DNA from: an uncultured archaeon
Lineage (GTDB): Archaea > Asgardarchaeota > Hermodarchaeia > Hermodarchaeales > Hermodarchaeaceae
DNA length: 64,000 nt
NCBI GenBank assembly: GCA_964347045.1
Contig: CAYFXC010000009.1
Span: 58,267 to 122,266, forward strand
Reading direction: 5' to 3'
The position numbers and the translations under genes were made by a program. The notes under the pieces are model-generated. The model worked only from the letters and a program-made list of their open reading frames with translations. It had not been told where the DNA came from and made no database searches. Below, piece by piece: positions 8,201 through 18,736 of this stretch (the first letter of the stretch is position 1; every line of letters begins with the position of its first letter).

Positions 8201-10109
8201 CATTTATGTTCCACGATTTGCTCCTGAATATGAAATCAAAGACTACATTAATCCACAAACCCTTACTCCCACAATTACGTTGGGCTCCGACGCCGTCGAA
8301 CTCACAAAATACCTAAAACATGTGCCCTATCAGTTCAACCTTCGCTATAAAGGAAAACGAGAATTACAAACCGGAAATAATTACTTGGTAGAAAGTCAGA
8401 TCTCAATTGAGATGCCAGTTCCTACTCGAATCGGTGGCGAATATGAATTTCTTCGAATCAAGACTCCTCCCCGCATTATGACTGCTGAAGAGCTCGCAAT
8501 GCCTCGACTTCGAAACGGAGTAAACTTTCAAGAGTTATTCTATGGCACTGTTTTCATTGGTGATGCAAAATACGATGGAGAATACTTCATATATCGCCTT
8601 TGGATTTGCTTTGAACCTGGTGAAATGAGTCCCGCACCAGGAGCAAACTATCGGCAAGGTTGGACAAACCATCGAATAGACCTCTTTCTTGATCCCAAAA
8701 CTTGGGACCCTCGTCTTATCATAACCGACTACTATGTCGAATTTGAGGATGGTCATGCTGAATGGGTGGAAGCGCTTTTTTCATTCAAAGCTGCTAGTTC
8801 AACTTTATTTGGTATTCGCCGACTCACAGCAGATTTGCATCGTGAGGCAAACCTTGCCGCCTACCCTGATGCTTTTGAATCTGAAATTCGAAACTCTCTT
8901 TCATCACTTGGCGTAGACAATGAAACTCCGCTCAAAATAACAGGATTTGCTCTTGGACAACGATTAGGCTCTATTGAACTCATTCGGGCTAGCTGGGCAC
9001 GAAACAAATACGATGGTCCAGTGATTTTCAAACCTCCACGAGCTCATCTCTTTCGAGATTATTGGAGTCAACGCTATGAACATGGACTCTATCGTGATGA
9101 CTGGCAAGGGGAAAACCATACGAATCAATATGAAATGAAAAGTAATGACCGTAGTGGAGGGCAATCGAAGTATATTCGCGGATTCCGAGAAAAAGTCTTT
9201 CCTCATGAAATTGGTATTATGGCCCGAGAAAAAGATCGCTGTGACCTCATCATCAAACCCCCAAGTGATGGTGCCTTTAGAATCATCCGTAATCTTGTTA
9301 ATCCTCGAAAAATCGAACTTTGGACCCGTCCACACGTTAGCTTTAGTCGTAGATTCAACTTCATTGCTAAGTATTTTGGTCGACCACCAAAGATCCACAC
9401 GGCTAGCCTCTACTTCTATAGTACACGTCGTGAACTCAATCCCTATTTTAAAACCCGTGTCCGAGGTAAAGACCAATGGGTCCAATACCCTGAACCTCGC
9501 TACTGGGATGGTAAACAATGGATTCCAACTCCTCAAGACTTCCTTCCTACTAAGCATCCTGAAAACCTTGCTCATGGCATCAATACCTGGCTGGAAGCTG
9601 ACGCATATTGGGTATTTCGCTATGTCTGGTATTGGCCCCTCGAGCTAACCTTTCCTCTCCCTCACGACGATTGGGAGCGTGCAGACATCTGGGTGAATGC
9701 TCGAACAGGAAAAATCGAATGGATTACATCTGATTATCACTGGCGAGAACTTTGGTATCAAAACGCTGTCAAAGTCAGTGGTGTCAATCCCATCATCGAT
9801 TTCCTCTATAACTGGAACACACCAGAACCCCTCACGGTCAAAGATGGAGCCCCAATCCACCAATCCATCACCCCTTATTTTGAAGAAGGAAAAACAATAG
9901 GCGAATTTGCAGATCAACTTCCTTGGATGTTTGCCCGCTTCAAACACAGCACAGAACACATGCACAAACTCCATGCATCTTTCTGGGGACGCAATAAAGT
10001 CAAAATCGTCTACGGCTCTATTGGAGTCTTAATAACTCTCCTCATACTTTTCCTCTTCCCACCAACTCGTGACTTTCTTCTGAGTCTACTTGGATCTCTC
10101 CTACCCTAG
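5247..10109 (+). CDS. Giant 1620-aa protein: alpha-SNAP/TPR-like solenoid, beta-rich duplicated domains, C-terminal TM anchor
   Basis: Uninterrupted ORF; helical Ala/Leu/Glu-rich N half; aromatic beta-rich C half; single hydrophobic segment IVYGSIGVLITLLILFLF near the C-terminus. Confidence 0.85.
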   Translation: MASLDHHSLVKAYLTLFQVARNDLEEISKHLTKTKGQGIQDILEQIAELLQRIESASESPQLEIEVARSIARDFETVAQRWRELEQYFADEIHYDDYVYRSDEERAKAAENALSIIHEQALEALDAAGTMFGIAREWRRAAKCFSTVVQVRKAEDSPLAALPAIIREYRCYEQLDDFENVLIIGRAIQKLLSGVSDDLSAQESAMLIEAVEFFRKTAMSAVSNRQKNPEVNIPLAAIFLWNEAEALSLVTTSDDDTALNRFKALAEFFEQVGKEELAKATPSIQRFVASYMEGAFAYLRITRDIEGFTVNEARRLSLNLTQFAADFILTLMERLGYQRVAVVDDSSKAVKGLIAVFEMVKRGYEGSKAFQELANQAGSILVQAQQHQDQSLIDFAMIYRWLCEGSARGLNVICLKLIADLYRIGIVSDVLDIGSKEELRKKILDLFVIPDQDELFDLLIDAEVEFDDVVDLFKSLELYWVAAICKLNQGQLRQNLSYLEVETEPPSSQEPVDDAKDERKEPDAMPFWGAAPSRDFSSAAELFSLAYRLQRGVEQSKKVKARDTWIPNRDPDEIRRRAAYSSWLAGLANLEEGNIEDGGRNLFRAKNAYELLDRHHEAISCLEVWLQQLVATISEDDGSGVRPTQARLQEVLNVCDELVGLYSIRRMTQETVDDILKIVGFLQSHVGLENWTLAVFLRALDYTREALQIAHRLKIPDATLEKLRYLRDELKEFLNGDFAIGLYPDFDTEAIIYFEAETPVKLAVLNISEKEAVNLSIRPLGILPHISPSSTQPWKASRDKSQVTMKNFYIGSDDDAFEINDNIYFEKPADAFGPTRPIPVVLTSTASPDFEPVSPSEQISGEQPWLGVMWTGDYKGMPLGTLKGATEEIVTSETTISTIDDLMQAAFFTVFTKSAREGNILPGQVFPVSFGIYQADTNNLLAIQTLFFKISSRPKILKAETNWADEIGDKWEENFGITFEEGAHLPIYVPRFAPEYEIKDYINPQTLTPTITLGSDAVELTKYLKHVPYQFNLRYKGKRELQTGNNYLVESQISIEMPVPTRIGGEYEFLRIKTPPRIMTAEELAMPRLRNGVNFQELFYGTVFIGDAKYDGEYFIYRLWICFEPGEMSPAPGANYRQGWTNHRIDLFLDPKTWDPRLIITDYYVEFEDGHAEWVEALFSFKAASSTLFGIRRLTADLHREANLAAYPDAFESEIRNSLSSLGVDNETPLKITGFALGQRLGSIELIRASWARNKYDGPVIFKPPRAHLFRDYWSQRYEHGLYRDDWQGENHTNQYEMKSNDRSGGQSKYIRGFREKVFPHEIGIMAREKDRCDLIIKPPSDGAFRIIRNLVNPRKIELWTRPHVSFSRRFNFIAKYFGRPPKIHTASLYFYSTRRELNPYFKTRVRGKDQWVQYPEPRYWDGKQWIPTPQDFLPTKHPENLAHGINTWLEADAYWVFRYVWYWPLELTFPLPHDDWERADIWVNARTGKIEWITSDYHWRELWYQNAVKVSGVNPIIDFLYNWNTPEPLTVKDGAPIHQSITPYFEEGKTIGEFADQLPWMFARFKHSTEHMHKLHASFWGRNKVKIVYGSIGVLITLLILFLFPPTRDFLLSLLGSLLP

Positions 10110-10207
10110 CAATAATTCATAACATCACAACAACATCAAGCTTTAAGAACTTCAGAATCAAACCACTTTACAATCTGAACAAGACACTTTTCATTTTGGT
10201 GATTTAG

Positions 10208-11404
10208 ATGAAAACTGAAGATGTAAAGAACATCACTGTCCTTGGTGCAGGACTTATGGGTCATGGAATTACCCAATCTTTCGCCCAAGCCGGCTATACC
10301 GTAACGATGGTTGATATTAAAGATGAATTCATTCAAAAGGGGATAAATAATATCCAATGGAGTCTAGGAAAATTCCTCGAAAAAGGCAAAATCTCCCAAG
10401 ATGATCACGATGCAATCCTCAACCGGATAACCACAACAACGAATCGTGATACAGCTGTGAAAAATGCAGATCTTATTGTTGAAGCCATACCAGAAATTCT
10501 TCCGCTTAAACAAGAAGTTTTCGCCGATGTTGGAGCCAAAGCACCCCAATACGCCATACTAGCCACAAATACGAGTTCATTACCTATTACCGATATTGCT
10601 TCAGCAACGAAACATCCTGAGAGAGTTGTTGGCATGCATTTCTTTTCACCTGTCGTTCGGATGAACATCGTTGAAATTATCAAAGGCGAAAAAACATCAG
10701 ATGAAACTGCCGCGATAATTTATGAATTGACGGAGAAGATGGGTAAAGAGCCTGTTATGTGTAATAAAGATGTCCCCGGTTTCATCGCAAATGGTATTCA
10801 GATGTTTCCATTGAACTTTGTCGGTCAGCTAGTGGATTCAGGGAAGTTTACACCAGAAGAGATTGACTCTGCGACCGCAATGAAGCTTGGTCTTCCAATG
10901 GGAACTTTTGGGCTGCTAGACTTTGTGGGCATCGATGTAGTCTATAATGTGCTTAAGTTCATGATAACTCGAATACCAGGAATGAAAATGGCTAGGTGTC
11001 TGGAAGCGAAAGTGCAAAAGGGCGAGTTGGGTGCAAAAACTGGAAAAGGGTTCTATGAGCATCCTGGCAACCGTTGGCAACGTCCAACAGTGTGGTCTCA
11101 AGAGCTAGCTGACAAGTTTGACCCTCAATTGGTGGTAGTTGTTGGCATTAACCGTGCGTCAGAATTGGTTGCTGAGACTGTCGCTTCGCCTGCTGATATT
11201 GACAAGACAATGAAATTAGGCTTCAACCAACCTGTTGGCACCTTGGAACTCGCTGATTCATTGGGTATCGACGCTGTTGTTGAGAAACTAGAATTTATTG
11301 CGAAGGAATATGATGATTTTTATAAGCCACATCCCCTTCTCAAGCAAATGGTTAAAGATGGCAAGCTTGGAATGAAGACCAAAGAAGGCTTCTTCAAATA
11401 TTAA
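10208..11404 (+). CDS. 3-hydroxyacyl-CoA dehydrogenase (NAD-binding domain plus two C-terminal domains)
   Basis: GAGLMGHG, VEAIPE, ATNTSSL, GMHFFSP, PGFIAN; duplicated LG.K.GKGFY C-terminal domain. Confidence 0.93.
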   Translation: MKTEDVKNITVLGAGLMGHGITQSFAQAGYTVTMVDIKDEFIQKGINNIQWSLGKFLEKGKISQDDHDAILNRITTTTNRDTAVKNADLIVEAIPEILPLKQEVFADVGAKAPQYAILATNTSSLPITDIASATKHPERVVGMHFFSPVVRMNIVEIIKGEKTSDETAAIIYELTEKMGKEPVMCNKDVPGFIANGIQMFPLNFVGQLVDSGKFTPEEIDSATAMKLGLPMGTFGLLDFVGIDVVYNVLKFMITRIPGMKMARCLEAKVQKGELGAKTGKGFYEHPGNRWQRPTVWSQELADKFDPQLVVVVGINRASELVAETVASPADIDKTMKLGFNQPVGTLELADSLGIDAVVEKLEFIAKEYDDFYKPHPLLKQMVKDGKLGMKTKEGFFKY

Positions 11405-11487
11405 ACAGGTGAGGGTGAAGAGTGTCGTCTAAGCCCTAATTCCATTTTTCATTTCCGTATTAAAGGAAGATATAATGGGGTTATGGT

Positions 11488-12801
11488 GTGCGAAAGAAAA
11501 TCCAAGTGGGTATGGGCTCTTTTGAGTTCATGGTCAATGCTCGTCGAGCGATTTTCTACACTTTCCTCACCTTGTTCATGGCAGAAGTGCTTGGAGCTAA
11601 TTTCATCCAGCTGGGACTAGTTATCACACTTCCAATGCTTACTAACGCAGCTATGCAGGCAATTGTCTGGGGACGGGCTAGTGATCAAATTCGTCGACGG
11701 CGATTACTAATTGTGATTGGAGAAACTTTCGCTGGCATTGGATATCTAATTATCTGGGCTAATATCACCATTTGGACAATTATCATCGGGCTTACGCTTA
11801 TCGAAGATATTTGGTCCATGTCAAATACGGGCTGGTCAGCCCTTTTTGCTGACCTAGCTGATCCCAATGAACGTTCAACCCTGATGGGTCGTATCAATGC
11901 AGTGGGCATTATTGGGCGTATCTTTGGTGCAACCGTAATCGGGTTCCTGTATGATTATCCTGTGCCAGGTGCTGGTTTCTATTGGGTATTCCCTATTGCA
12001 TCAGGAATTATGTTCGGTAGTGTAATCACACTTATCACAACGGTTCCTGAAGTTCAACATTCACTAGCACAAGAAACGCTTCCAAAACTACAAGCTTCTG
12101 CTGATTGGAAACTTGGATGGAGAAATCGTTCCTCTCGAAATTACTTTATTTTCCTTGGCGTCTGGGCTTTTATTACCGTGGCATGGGTGTGCTATCTTTC
12201 TTTGTTCACCATTTATCTCCGAATTGCGCTCAATTTGACCTCAATTGAAATCAGTCTAGTCCGTAACGTCAATTCCGCATTCGGACTCATAGCTGCTCCC
12301 GTTGCTGGTATTCTCGGTGATCATATTGGAAGGAAGCCAGTCATCATTGGAGCTCTCATAATTCAAGCTTGCACTTCAATTTTCTATGGATTTGTTAACA
12401 CCTTACTTGGTATGCTGGTAGTGAATGGTGCCAATGGAATCGTTCGCCCCACCATTCATACCCTCGGGTATGCTCTTGCTGCAGATATGATTCCAGAAAC
12501 ACGACGTGGAGAGCTTTTCGGTTTATACAATGCTGTTTGGACTATTTCCTTTGGTACTTCTCCTACTGCCGTTGGTGGTGTCTATAGTACTTGGCGCATG
12601 AATCAGTATCTGAATTTGGGAGCTCCTCCTGAAGTTGCGGCAACACAAGCCATTATTGATACCTTCTTTCTTTCTGCAGGACTTGTGCTCATTGGAACTT
12701 CTCTATTTGGATTTACAGTCAAAGAACCCGAACACAAGGAAAGAAAACCGAACTTAATTCATGAGGAAGAACCCTTAGCATTCATTGATACGCTAGACTA
12801 A
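11488..12801 (+). CDS. MFS transporter
   Basis: About 12 TM segments; motif A (GRASDQIRRR, GILGDHIGRK); P.E.RG...G motifs. Confidence 0.9.
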   Translation: MRKKIQVGMGSFEFMVNARRAIFYTFLTLFMAEVLGANFIQLGLVITLPMLTNAAMQAIVWGRASDQIRRRRLLIVIGETFAGIGYLIIWANITIWTIIIGLTLIEDIWSMSNTGWSALFADLADPNERSTLMGRINAVGIIGRIFGATVIGFLYDYPVPGAGFYWVFPIASGIMFGSVITLITTVPEVQHSLAQETLPKLQASADWKLGWRNRSSRNYFIFLGVWAFITVAWVCYLSLFTIYLRIALNLTSIEISLVRNVNSAFGLIAAPVAGILGDHIGRKPVIIGALIIQACTSIFYGFVNTLLGMLVVNGANGIVRPTIHTLGYALAADMIPETRRGELFGLYNAVWTISFGTSPTAVGGVYSTWRMNQYLNLGAPPEVAATQAIIDTFFLSAGLVLIGTSLFGFTVKEPEHKERKPNLIHEEEPLAFIDTLD

Positions 12802-12851
12802 AATCGATTATTCATTATACTGCATTCTCAAAACTATTATGAGGTTAAATC

Positions 12852-13505
12852 GTGGACCCTTTCGTTCTCTTTCTTTTTGGTGTAATCCTCATCTCGTTAA
12901 GTGGTGCCCTTGCACCCGGACCACTGCTTTTCACAAATCTCTCTAACGCACCTCGTTGGGGATGGAAGGGTGGACTCTGGCTCTCGCTTGGACATACATG
13001 TGTCGAACTGCCTGTAATTCTTCTAATTGCGGTTGGTCTTAGTTTCGTCATTTACATTCCATTTGTTCAATTTACCATCGCCATCCTTGGAGGTGTGGTA
13101 CTACTTGCATTCGGGACATTACAAATTCGTGAAGCTCGTACACCCGTTGAAGTGTTTGAGCAAATTGATTTGGCTAATGCAAAACCAACTCGCCATCCTT
13201 TTTTCATCGGATTGATTTTCTCTGCGTTTAATCCTTTCTTCATCGTTTGGTGGTTTACAGTGGGAGCAAATATTGTGATCACAGCCTTCCTTTTTGCAGC
13301 CCTAGCTGGAGTCATAATTATGTTCTTGTCTCATGTTTGGATTGATTATGTGTGGCTAGCTGGAACTGCATGGGCAACGCAAAGAGGTTCACAGCTAATA
13401 GGTTCACGAGGTTACAAATACCTGATCGCAGGCTTTGGTCTTCTGTTGATCTATTTTGGAATTCTTTTTTGTTTTAATGCAATTCTATTGCTGGGTGTTT
13501 TCTAA
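12852..13505 (+). CDS. LysE-family translocator
   Basis: SGALAPGPL, GLWLSLGH..VE, NPFFIVWW motifs. Confidence 0.9.
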   Translation: MDPFVLFLFGVILISLSGALAPGPLLFTNLSNAPRWGWKGGLWLSLGHTCVELPVILLIAVGLSFVIYIPFVQFTIAILGGVVLLAFGTLQIREARTPVEVFEQIDLANAKPTRHPFFIGLIFSAFNPFFIVWWFTVGANIVITAFLFAALAGVIIMFLSHVWIDYVWLAGTAWATQRGSQLIGSRGYKYLIAGFGLLLIYFGILFCFNAILLLGVF

Positions 13506-15086
13506 TTTTCGAATGGGTTTGCCAAATCCGCCTCCACCAGGGGTCTGGATGCTAATGATGTCCCCCTTTTCTACCGCTAATGTCACTTTTCCTGGAATTT
13601 CTTTCCATTTCCCCTTGTGCCAGTGGCGATTTTTTCCAAGTTGTCCTGGAAGGCCTCCCTGTAATCCCCAAGGTCCAAAGCGTCGGCGTTCGCTTTGAAT
13701 GGAAACAACTGTGTTTTCGGCTAGTATCTTAATATTTCGTCGGATTCCTTGTCCACCACGATACTGTCCTTTTCCCCCACTTTCGGGAATCAGCTCATAG
13801 CACTCGACTCGAAGTGGATAGGTGCTTTCTATTGCTTCAATGGGCGTATTTGCAGTATTCGTCATATGGCTGTGAATACCATCGATGCCATCTTTATTTG
13901 GTCGGGCACCCAGACCACCACCGATAGTCTCGTAGAATGTGAATATTTTAGACGTTCCAGGGATGTATCCACCAATGGTTAGATTATTCATGGTTCCTTG
14001 ACTCGCTGCGGGAATTCGATCAGGGAGTGCATGCCTTAAAGCGCCGAATAATACATCCACAATACGTTGTGATGTTTCAACGTTACCTGCCGCGACAGCT
14101 GCAGGGGGAAGTGGATTGAGTACCGAACCCTCAGGGACAATGACTTTCAATGGTGAGTAGCAACCCGCATTTACAGGGATGGTTGGATCTGTCACACATC
14201 GTAGGACATAGTACGAGCAAGAGAGCGTAACCGCGAGAGGGGCGTTCACATTACCCGTGGTTTGTTTCTCACTCTCAGAGAAATCAAAGATCATTTGATT
14301 ATGTTTTATTAACACCTTAACTTTCAATTCAACTGGTTTGGAAGAAATCCCGTCATTGTCTAAGTAGTCACTGAAAGAAAAGTTTCCTTTGGGCATTTCC
14401 TTAAGCTGTTGAAGCATCCGTCGTCTTGAATATGCATGGAAATCTTCAAAAAACGTTGAAACTACAGATTTGGAGTATTTTGCAATGATTGTTTCAAACC
14501 GAGTGATCCCTGTTTTATTTGCTGCAATTTGGGCTCGGAGGTCACCTTGTCGCTCGCTAGGTGTGCGCACATTAGCGAGTAACACACGCCAAAGTCCCTC
14601 ATTTATTTTATCCCCGCTTACAAGTTTGGTGGGTGGAAGTCGAAATCCTTCTTGATAGATTTCTGTTGCAGCACCAGGCATTGATCCAGGCGAGGAACCA
14701 CCTACATCTGCATGATGAGCACGATTTGCAACAAATCCAACAACAGTATAGTTCATGATTACGGGGGATATGATGGTTATGTCTGGAAGATGTGTACCGC
14801 CTTCAAAAGGGTCATTAAGAATTATGACATCTCCTTTTTCCCAATCAGAAATTTGATATAGAGCAAGAGCGGCTTTGACCGATTCTGGCATGGCTCCCAA
14901 ATGAACGGGAATATGTTCTGCCTGGCTTATCATCTGTCCCTTCGCATCAAATGCGGCTGCAGAGCAATCACGCCGCTCTTTGATGTTTGGTGAATACGCT
15001 GTTCGAACAAGGGTGGCACCCATTTCTTCAGCAACAGAAATGAAAGCATTTCGGAGAACTTCAAATGAGATCGGATCTGTTTTCAT
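13485..15086 (-). CDS. Hydantoinase B / 5-oxoprolinase subunit B
   Basis: [58 protein letters not shown]. Confidence 0.93.
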   Translation of the reverse strand: MKTDPISFEVLRNAFISVAEEMGATLVRTAYSPNIKERRDCSAAAFDAKGQMISQAEHIPVHLGAMPESVKAALALYQISDWEKGDVIILNDPFEGGTHLPDITIISPVIMNYTVVGFVANRAHHADVGGSSPGSMPGAATEIYQEGFRLPPTKLVSGDKINEGLWRVLLANVRTPSERQGDLRAQIAANKTGITRFETIIAKYSKSVVSTFFEDFHAYSRRRMLQQLKEMPKGNFSFSDYLDNDGISSKPVELKVKVLIKHNQMIFDFSESEKQTTGNVNAPLAVTLSCSYYVLRCVTDPTIPVNAGCYSPLKVIVPEGSVLNPLPPAAVAAGNVETSQRIVDVLFGALRHALPDRIPAASQGTMNNLTIGGYIPGTSKIFTFYETIGGGLGARPNKDGIDGIHSHMTNTANTPIEAIESTYPLRVECYELIPESGGKGQYRGGQGIRRNIKILAENTVVSIQSERRRFGPWGLQGGLPGQLGKNRHWHKGKWKEIPGKVTLAVEKGDIISIQTPGGGGFGKPIRKLENTQQ

Positions 15087-17152
15087 TTGAGTTCCTCCAA
15101 AATTATGTTACCTCCCCGATGGACTATTGCTTTCGTGTTTGGGTGAACTACAGTTGTTGAATCGAGTTGCTCGATAATAGCTGGTCCATTGATCTGTGCA
15201 CCAAATCCAAGTGTAGTTCGTTCATAAATGGGAGTAATAATTGATTGACCAAGCTCCTCAAAAAATACCTCTCTTTTTAAACGAATTTGTGGGATTTTTT
15301 GTTGTTTGTGGATTTGAGTTTGTTTGAGAGGAGGCATGGGTCCTTGAGCGATGACTCGGAGATTAACGATGGTTGTTGGTGAATCAGGTGTAAAAAATCC
15401 ATATTGTTGTTTGTGTTGAGCATGAAAATTGTGAACCAACTGAGTTATCCAGTTCCGTGTAATTTTTCCTTTTGGTACAGGTAGGGTAATTTCGTATGCT
15501 TGTCCTGTGTATCGAAGATCTGCAAGACGTTGAAGCGATATGGTTTGGGGAGATACACTCTGTTCTAGAAGTCTTTCTTTTAGCTGCTCTTCGAGTTCTT
15601 GGAAAATTGTACGAATTCGAGTGAAGTCTGGAGATTGAGTAGATTCGAGGACAGTATGACTCTGATCAATTCTTAGGTTGGTGGCTAATAATCCTAAAGC
15701 GGAATGAAGACCTGGGGCGTTTGGGATGATTACGCGGGGAATCCCAAGATTCTTTGCTAGTGCCCACGCATGCATTGGACCTGCACCTCCAAATGCCACC
15801 AACGCAAAGTCACGAGGATCAAATCCTCGTTGTATTGATACAACACGAATGGCTCGTTCCATGTTAGCGTTTACTACTCGGATTATCCCGTATGCACATT
15901 CCTTTATGCTCAAGTTAAGCTGCTGTGCAAGCAGTTGCATTGACTGAAACGCCAAATCTTTTTTCAATCCTATTGCTCCTCCTAATAAATAATCAGGATT
16001 AAGCCGTCCTAGGATGAGGTTCGCATCTGTTACAGTTGGTTCAGTTCCTCCGAGCCCATAGGCGGCAGGTCCAGGTTCTGCACCTGCACTTTGTGGCCCC
16101 ACTCGTAATATTCTTCCCGCCTCGATCCAGCCAATGCTTCCCCCACCCGCGCCTACTGTTTCAACGTCTACCATTGGTAATCTACAGGGATGGCCACCAA
16201 TTTGCCCCTCGCAGGTCTCTCGAATCAAACCATAACTAATTAATGCTACATCAGTACTAGTTCCACCCATATCTAGACTGATAACGTTTTTTTCTTGCAT
16301 GATCTGACTTGTATATCGACCACCTAGGGTTCCTCCTGCCAGACCACTAAATAGGAGTCGAGCCGCATGGTTTCGAGCTAATTGGGATTGGACAACGCCT
16401 CCATGGCTTTGCATGACTAATATTGGAGTTTGCAGTCCAATTTTGCGTAATGCCATCTCGAGATGTTGAAGGTATTGTGTGAGAACCGGCGTTACATATG
16501 CATTTAACACCGTAGTGGACATTCGTTCGTATTCCCGATATTCAGGCAAAACCACAGATGAAACAGAAATTGGAATGGATGAATCTTGACGCTGAATCTC
16601 TTCTTGAAGTCGTTCCTCATGAAGAGGATTCTTAAAGGAAAATAATAAGCACACCGCAATTACATCAGCATTTTGTCTTGCTTGCTTTACAACTCTCTTG
16701 GCATCTTCAGAGTTTAACGACTGATGTACATTCCCATTCGCCAGAATGCGTTCTTCAACGCCAACAATATTTTCACGAGCTACTAGGGGAAGTATTCGTT
16801 CAACGAAAAGATCATATAATTTTGGTCGCTGTTGGCGTCCAATCTCTAAGAGGTCTTCGAACCCTTTTGTCGTAATGAGACTAGTTGTTGCACCTTTTCT
16901 TTGGAGTATTGAATTAGTTGCAATAGTGGTTCCGTGCAATAGATAGTTGGCTTTTTGTGGGGAAATTTTCGTAAGCCCTAATACTTTCTCTAAACCTTCT
17001 AAAACGCCAATCGAAGAGTCCTCAGGAGTTGATCTGACTTTCACATGCCAACGTTTCCCATCCGAATCGAGGAGTAATACATCTGTAAAAGTTCCACCTA
17101 CATCAATGCCAATGCGGATTGGCTCGTCTTCAGTATTCTGTTGCAGCATCAT
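15083..17152 (-). CDS. Hydantoinase A / 5-oxoprolinase subunit A
   Basis: IGIDVGGTFTD, HGTTIATN, REYERMSTT, DMGGTSTD, GAGGGS, GPQSAGAEPGP; 4-bp overlap with subunit B. Confidence 0.93.
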   Translation of the reverse strand: MMLQQNTEDEPIRIGIDVGGTFTDVLLLDSDGKRWHVKVRSTPEDSSIGVLEGLEKVLGLTKISPQKANYLLHGTTIATNSILQRKGATTSLITTKGFEDLLEIGRQQRPKLYDLFVERILPLVARENIVGVEERILANGNVHQSLNSEDAKRVVKQARQNADVIAVCLLFSFKNPLHEERLQEEIQRQDSSIPISVSSVVLPEYREYERMSTTVLNAYVTPVLTQYLQHLEMALRKIGLQTPILVMQSHGGVVQSQLARNHAARLLFSGLAGGTLGGRYTSQIMQEKNVISLDMGGTSTDVALISYGLIRETCEGQIGGHPCRLPMVDVETVGAGGGSIGWIEAGRILRVGPQSAGAEPGPAAYGLGGTEPTVTDANLILGRLNPDYLLGGAIGLKKDLAFQSMQLLAQQLNLSIKECAYGIIRVVNANMERAIRVVSIQRGFDPRDFALVAFGGAGPMHAWALAKNLGIPRVIIPNAPGLHSALGLLATNLRIDQSHTVLESTQSPDFTRIRTIFQELEEQLKERLLEQSVSPQTISLQRLADLRYTGQAYEITLPVPKGKITRNWITQLVHNFHAQHKQQYGFFTPDSPTTIVNLRVIAQGPMPPLKQTQIHKQQKIPQIRLKREVFFEELGQSIITPIYERTTLGFGAQINGPAIIEQLDSTTVVHPNTKAIVHRGGNIILEELK

Positions 17153-17266
17153 CTTCTTCTACCATACTTGTTAATAACTGTGATAAAGCCTTCTGCCTTC
17201 TTTGTGTCAATAGTATACTTTTTTTGCCTTCATTTCGAGTTTATGCATGACAGGTGAACAGACCTA

Positions 17267-17548
17267 ATGAATTCCAAACAAACACTACCAGATTTTTCCC
17301 AATTCTATCAAACACTTAAACCCGCTAGACGTACACCATCCAGCTTGAAAATAATTAGCTACAAAGTATTTCTGTTTCCTGCGATTATGATGGTAATCGG
17401 CGGTTTAATCTGGGGAATAACTGCTTTTCTAAATCCTACAAATTTCCCCCTGATTCTCCTAGGTCAGGTAATCTTCATGATTGGGATGTTTGTCGCAATT
17501 ATCCTCGGATTTTGGGTAATGACAATAATCCGAATGCCATTTCGATAA
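17267..17548 (+). CDS. Small two-TM membrane protein
   Basis: SD aggtga before ATG; two hydrophobic helices. Confidence 0.65.
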   Translation: MNSKQTLPDFSQFYQTLKPARRTPSSLKIISYKVFLFPAIMMVIGGLIWGITAFLNPTNFPLILLGQVIFMIGMFVAIILGFWVMTIIRMPFR

Positions 17549-17568
17549 ATAGGAATTTAATTGAATAT

Positions 17569-18039
17569 CTAATCTGTCTTTTTAATGAGAGTGCCATCAA
17601 TTCCCACTTTGAGTTTATGTTTTCTTTCAGGCTCAAACCAATCTGGTCCTACTAATCGACCCAGAACTACTCCTGGTAGGATGCCCAACAAATGCAACAT
17701 AACTGCACGAACGACGATATCAATCGTCAAGAGAAATAATATGTCAAGAATAACCCATGCACCAATCACGACGACTGCGAGATAAACTGTTCCAAAAAGT
17801 ATGATTAATCCTATGAAGATGGAAAGAAAACCACTAATGATAGCATATTGGATTTCTATGCTGTACAAGCCGATTAGAATCCCAACTAGAAACATTAGTA
17901 TTACAAAGATAACTGGCATCGTAATACCTGTAAGAAGTGTGAGGTAAATGAAAGATATTACTAATCCAGCACCAATTGTTGTTAGAAAGAATCTTGCGTA
18001 GATATTCGCTTTCTCTTTTTGCTTTGGGGTAATATCCAT
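17569..18039 (-). CDS. Hypothetical membrane protein
   Basis: Four to five hydrophobic helices; abuts the upstream gene. Confidence 0.7.
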   Translation of the reverse strand: MDITPKQKEKANIYARFFLTTIGAGLVISFIYLTLLTGITMPVIFVILMFLVGILIGLYSIEIQYAIISGFLSIFIGLIILFGTVYLAVVVIGAWVILDILFLLTIDIVVRAVMLHLLGILPGVVLGRLVGPDWFEPERKHKLKVGIDGTLIKKTD

Positions 18040-18567
18040 TTAATAGCTCACATCCTCGATACCGGAAAACACCTGAATGAAGTGTTGATACAACACGTAT
18101 AATCGACCACCAACATAAACTCGCATTGGATATCGGATTATCCAGTTCCAATCATCACTTAACTCTGCATCAATAATCGGTTGTGCATCATTTCCTGTGA
18201 AAGAGAAATTTCCCCAAAGAACATATACTTGACCCGGAACAAGGAAGATATCCTTGAATGTTTCGTTTAGGATTAAAGGTTCACCATTCAAATCCACAAT
18301 GAATGCAAAACCTTCAATATGAATGAGACGCGAACCATTATTTTGTAAAGGTATCTCAATTGAGATAATCCTCGTTGTGTTATTAGGTGTTTCTTTTAAT
18401 ATGCGTGAGACTTGTGGGTTAAATCGGTTAGCAGTATCATACACACTAACATATTCTAAAGAAAGAAAAATACTTCCAATCCCAGATATCACTAAGGTGA
18501 TAACAAATATGCATGTCACTATCGCTTGATAGTTGATTTTGCCATCTGATTTTTTGAACCGATTCAT
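18040..18567 (-). CDS. Hypothetical membrane-anchored protein with Ig/LEA-like extracellular domain
   Basis: N-terminal TM, then a beta-rich domain (IPLQNNGSRLIHI...LVPGQ); divergent from dppB. Confidence 0.7.
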   Translation of the reverse strand: MNRFKKSDGKINYQAIVTCIFVITLVISGIGSIFLSLEYVSVYDTANRFNPQVSRILKETPNNTTRIISIEIPLQNNGSRLIHIEGFAFIVDLNGEPLILNETFKDIFLVPGQVYVLWGNFSFTGNDAQPIIDAELSDDWNWIIRYPMRVYVGGRLYVLYQHFIQVFSGIEDVSY

Positions 18568-18736
18568 TCAGGTATCACTTGTTTTGCGACAAAGTTGCAT
18601 CATTCTAAAAAGATTACTGTCAATGCAATCTCATTCACGTTAGACTCGTGCATAAATTCCTTGCATCATAAGCAAAGCTTTTAAAAGTGTAACCAGCATT
18701 GGCAAGACGCTTGGAAACGCGCTGGAGGCTAAGCAT

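Noticed and set aside
11422-11487. In-frame upstream GTG with SD for the MFS gene
   Set aside because: Three in-frame TAA codons intervene, and the region reads as a terminator plus a promoter.
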